Source of the DNA: an uncultured Gammaproteobacteria bacterium
GTDB taxonomy: Bacteria > Patescibacteriota > Microgenomatia > UBA12405
Direction: 5' to 3'
DNA length: 43,273 nucleotides
Assembly: GCA_964598275.1 (NCBI GenBank)
Contig: CAZRAZ010000002.1
Span: forward strand, 4,018 to 47,290
Both the position numbers and the translations under genes were made by a program. Shown here piece by piece: positions 42,592 through 43,273 of the stretch; within the stretch, counting starts at the first letter, position 1; each line of letters opens with the position of its first letter. The notes under the pieces were generated by a model. The model did not search any database. It was not told the DNA's origin and was given only the letters and a program-made list of their open reading frames with translations.

Positions 42592-42605
42592 TCCCGAGGT
42601 GTCTA
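42592..42605 (+). repeat. 14-mer TCCCGAGGTGTCTA, copy 2
   Basis: Identical to 1789-1802. It lies 6 nt after the stop of the RodZ-like gene and upstream of the 92-aa ORF. Confidence 0.4.
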
Positions 42606-42611
42606 GCTATA

Positions 42612-43241
42612 TCACTCCGGAGGTGGGTTTGGCGGGGTGAAGGTGAGGGTGCGAGAGACGGAGGAAGAGACGCCGGAGTGAGAGGTGGATTCGACGGTAA
42701 TTTGATTGTCGCCGGGAACCAGGTTTATTTTTTTGCTAAAGTTGCCGGAAACATCAACGACGACTAAATCCTGATTGACGCGGACAGTGGACTCGGGATC
42801 AGTGGAGCCGGAAAGATATAAAACAGATTGATCGGTTTTTTGGTTTTGGGGCCAGTTGACAGTAATTTTGGGAGGACGATTAAACCTGACATATTCGATG
42901 ACCAGATAGACAGAAAATATCAATAAACTTAAGATGGTAAGAATGGCGAAAGTTGATTGAGGGGTGAAGAAAAATATCCTCTTAACCTTGGCAGAAACTT
43001 TTTTTTGGTTGTCAAAATCGCGATTAAAGAGACGGATAATGTCCGGGCCATTCAGACCAAGAAACTCTGAATAGTCATTGATGATAAGAGAGCAATATGG
43101 CTCCCCGGGAAAACCGTTGCGTTCGTCGTTCTCGATAGCCTGAAGATATTTAAGAGGAACTTTTAGTTTTTTGGCAATGTCTTCAAGGTCGATAGCTTTT
43201 TCCAGGCGGGTTTCTTTGAGCAAATCGGAGGCGCGGAACAT
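42612..43241 (-). CDS. RodZ-like protein: N-terminal HTH, TM, C-terminal Ig-like domain
   Basis: LRETRLEKAIDLEDIAKKLKVPLKYLQAIEND (HTH_25/RodZ-like). TM segment FAILTILSLLIFSVYLVIEYV. C-terminal LSGSTDPESTVRVNQDLVVVDVSGNFSKKINLVPGDNQITVES. Confidence 0.6.
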   Translation of the reverse strand: MFRASDLLKETRLEKAIDLEDIAKKLKVPLKYLQAIENDERNGFPGEPYCSLIINDYSEFLGLNGPDIIRLFNRDFDNQKKVSAKVKRIFFFTPQSTFAILTILSLLIFSVYLVIEYVRFNRPPKITVNWPQNQKTDQSVLYLSGSTDPESTVRVNQDLVVVDVSGNFSKKINLVPGDNQITVESTSHSGVSSSVSRTLTFTPPNPPPE

Positions 43242-43273
43242 GGAATTTTTTTAGACTAATTAATGTCGGCGGA

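Noticed and set aside
1-43273. Possibility of an alternative genetic code (TGA recoded, as in some CPR lineages)
   Set aside because: TGA terminates several proteins exactly at their conserved C-termini, often in ATGA overlaps with the next gene (rpsE/rplO, rpmJ/rpsM, rplN/rplX, rfbB/rfbA). The long conserved ORFs contain no in-frame TGA. The standard bacterial code fits.
1-43273. CRISPR arrays, IS elements, integrases, phage genes and toxin-antitoxin pairs
   Set aside because: No regularly spaced direct repeats, no terminal inverted repeats, and no transposase, integrase or recombinase-like translations were seen in any listed ORF.

Overview
Gene-dense window (about 95% coding, roughly 40% GC by eye) from a small-genome bacterium. 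It is most likely a Candidate Phyla Radiation (Patescibacteria)-like organism. That is an inference from four things: no L30 gene, shortened ribosomal proteins and AlaRS, very few Shine-Dalgarno sites, and the standard genetic code with TGA used as a stop. I call 56 CDS, 53 of them on the minus strand. Reading the minus strand from right to left: (1) a RodZ-like HTH membrane protein, an orphan 92-aa protein, and a DUF948-like/YtxH-like pair; (2) alaS, a 724-aa bitopic protein, a sortase, ruvX, a small Zn-ribbon protein and mltG, which is the conserved alaS-ruvX-mltG neighbourhood with a sortase module inserted; (3) a divergent pair of surface proteins, one with a Cys-rich VWC-like domain and one Ig-like with an LPxTG-like sorting signal, plus a TRAM-less MiaB-like methylthiotransferase; (4) rpoB-rpoC-rpsL-rpsG followed without a break by a PilM-like/LytR_C membrane protein, rfbB and rfbA, with a convergent FAD oxidoreductase; (5) fusA-tuf-S10-spc-alpha-rplM-rpsI as one ~18 kb block, including rpmJ, which the ORF track missed; (6) uppP and a partial NMNAT-like/uridine-kinase-like fusion gene that runs off the left edge. 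I found no rRNA, tRNA, CRISPR array or mobile element. The points most worth a second look are the sortase module with its candidate substrate, the envelope genes spliced into the str operon, a promoter-then-terminator leader in front of a TTG-start rpoB, a recurrent leaderless-promoter architecture, and the NMNAT-kinase fusion. All domain calls rest on motifs I read in the translations. No homology search was possible.
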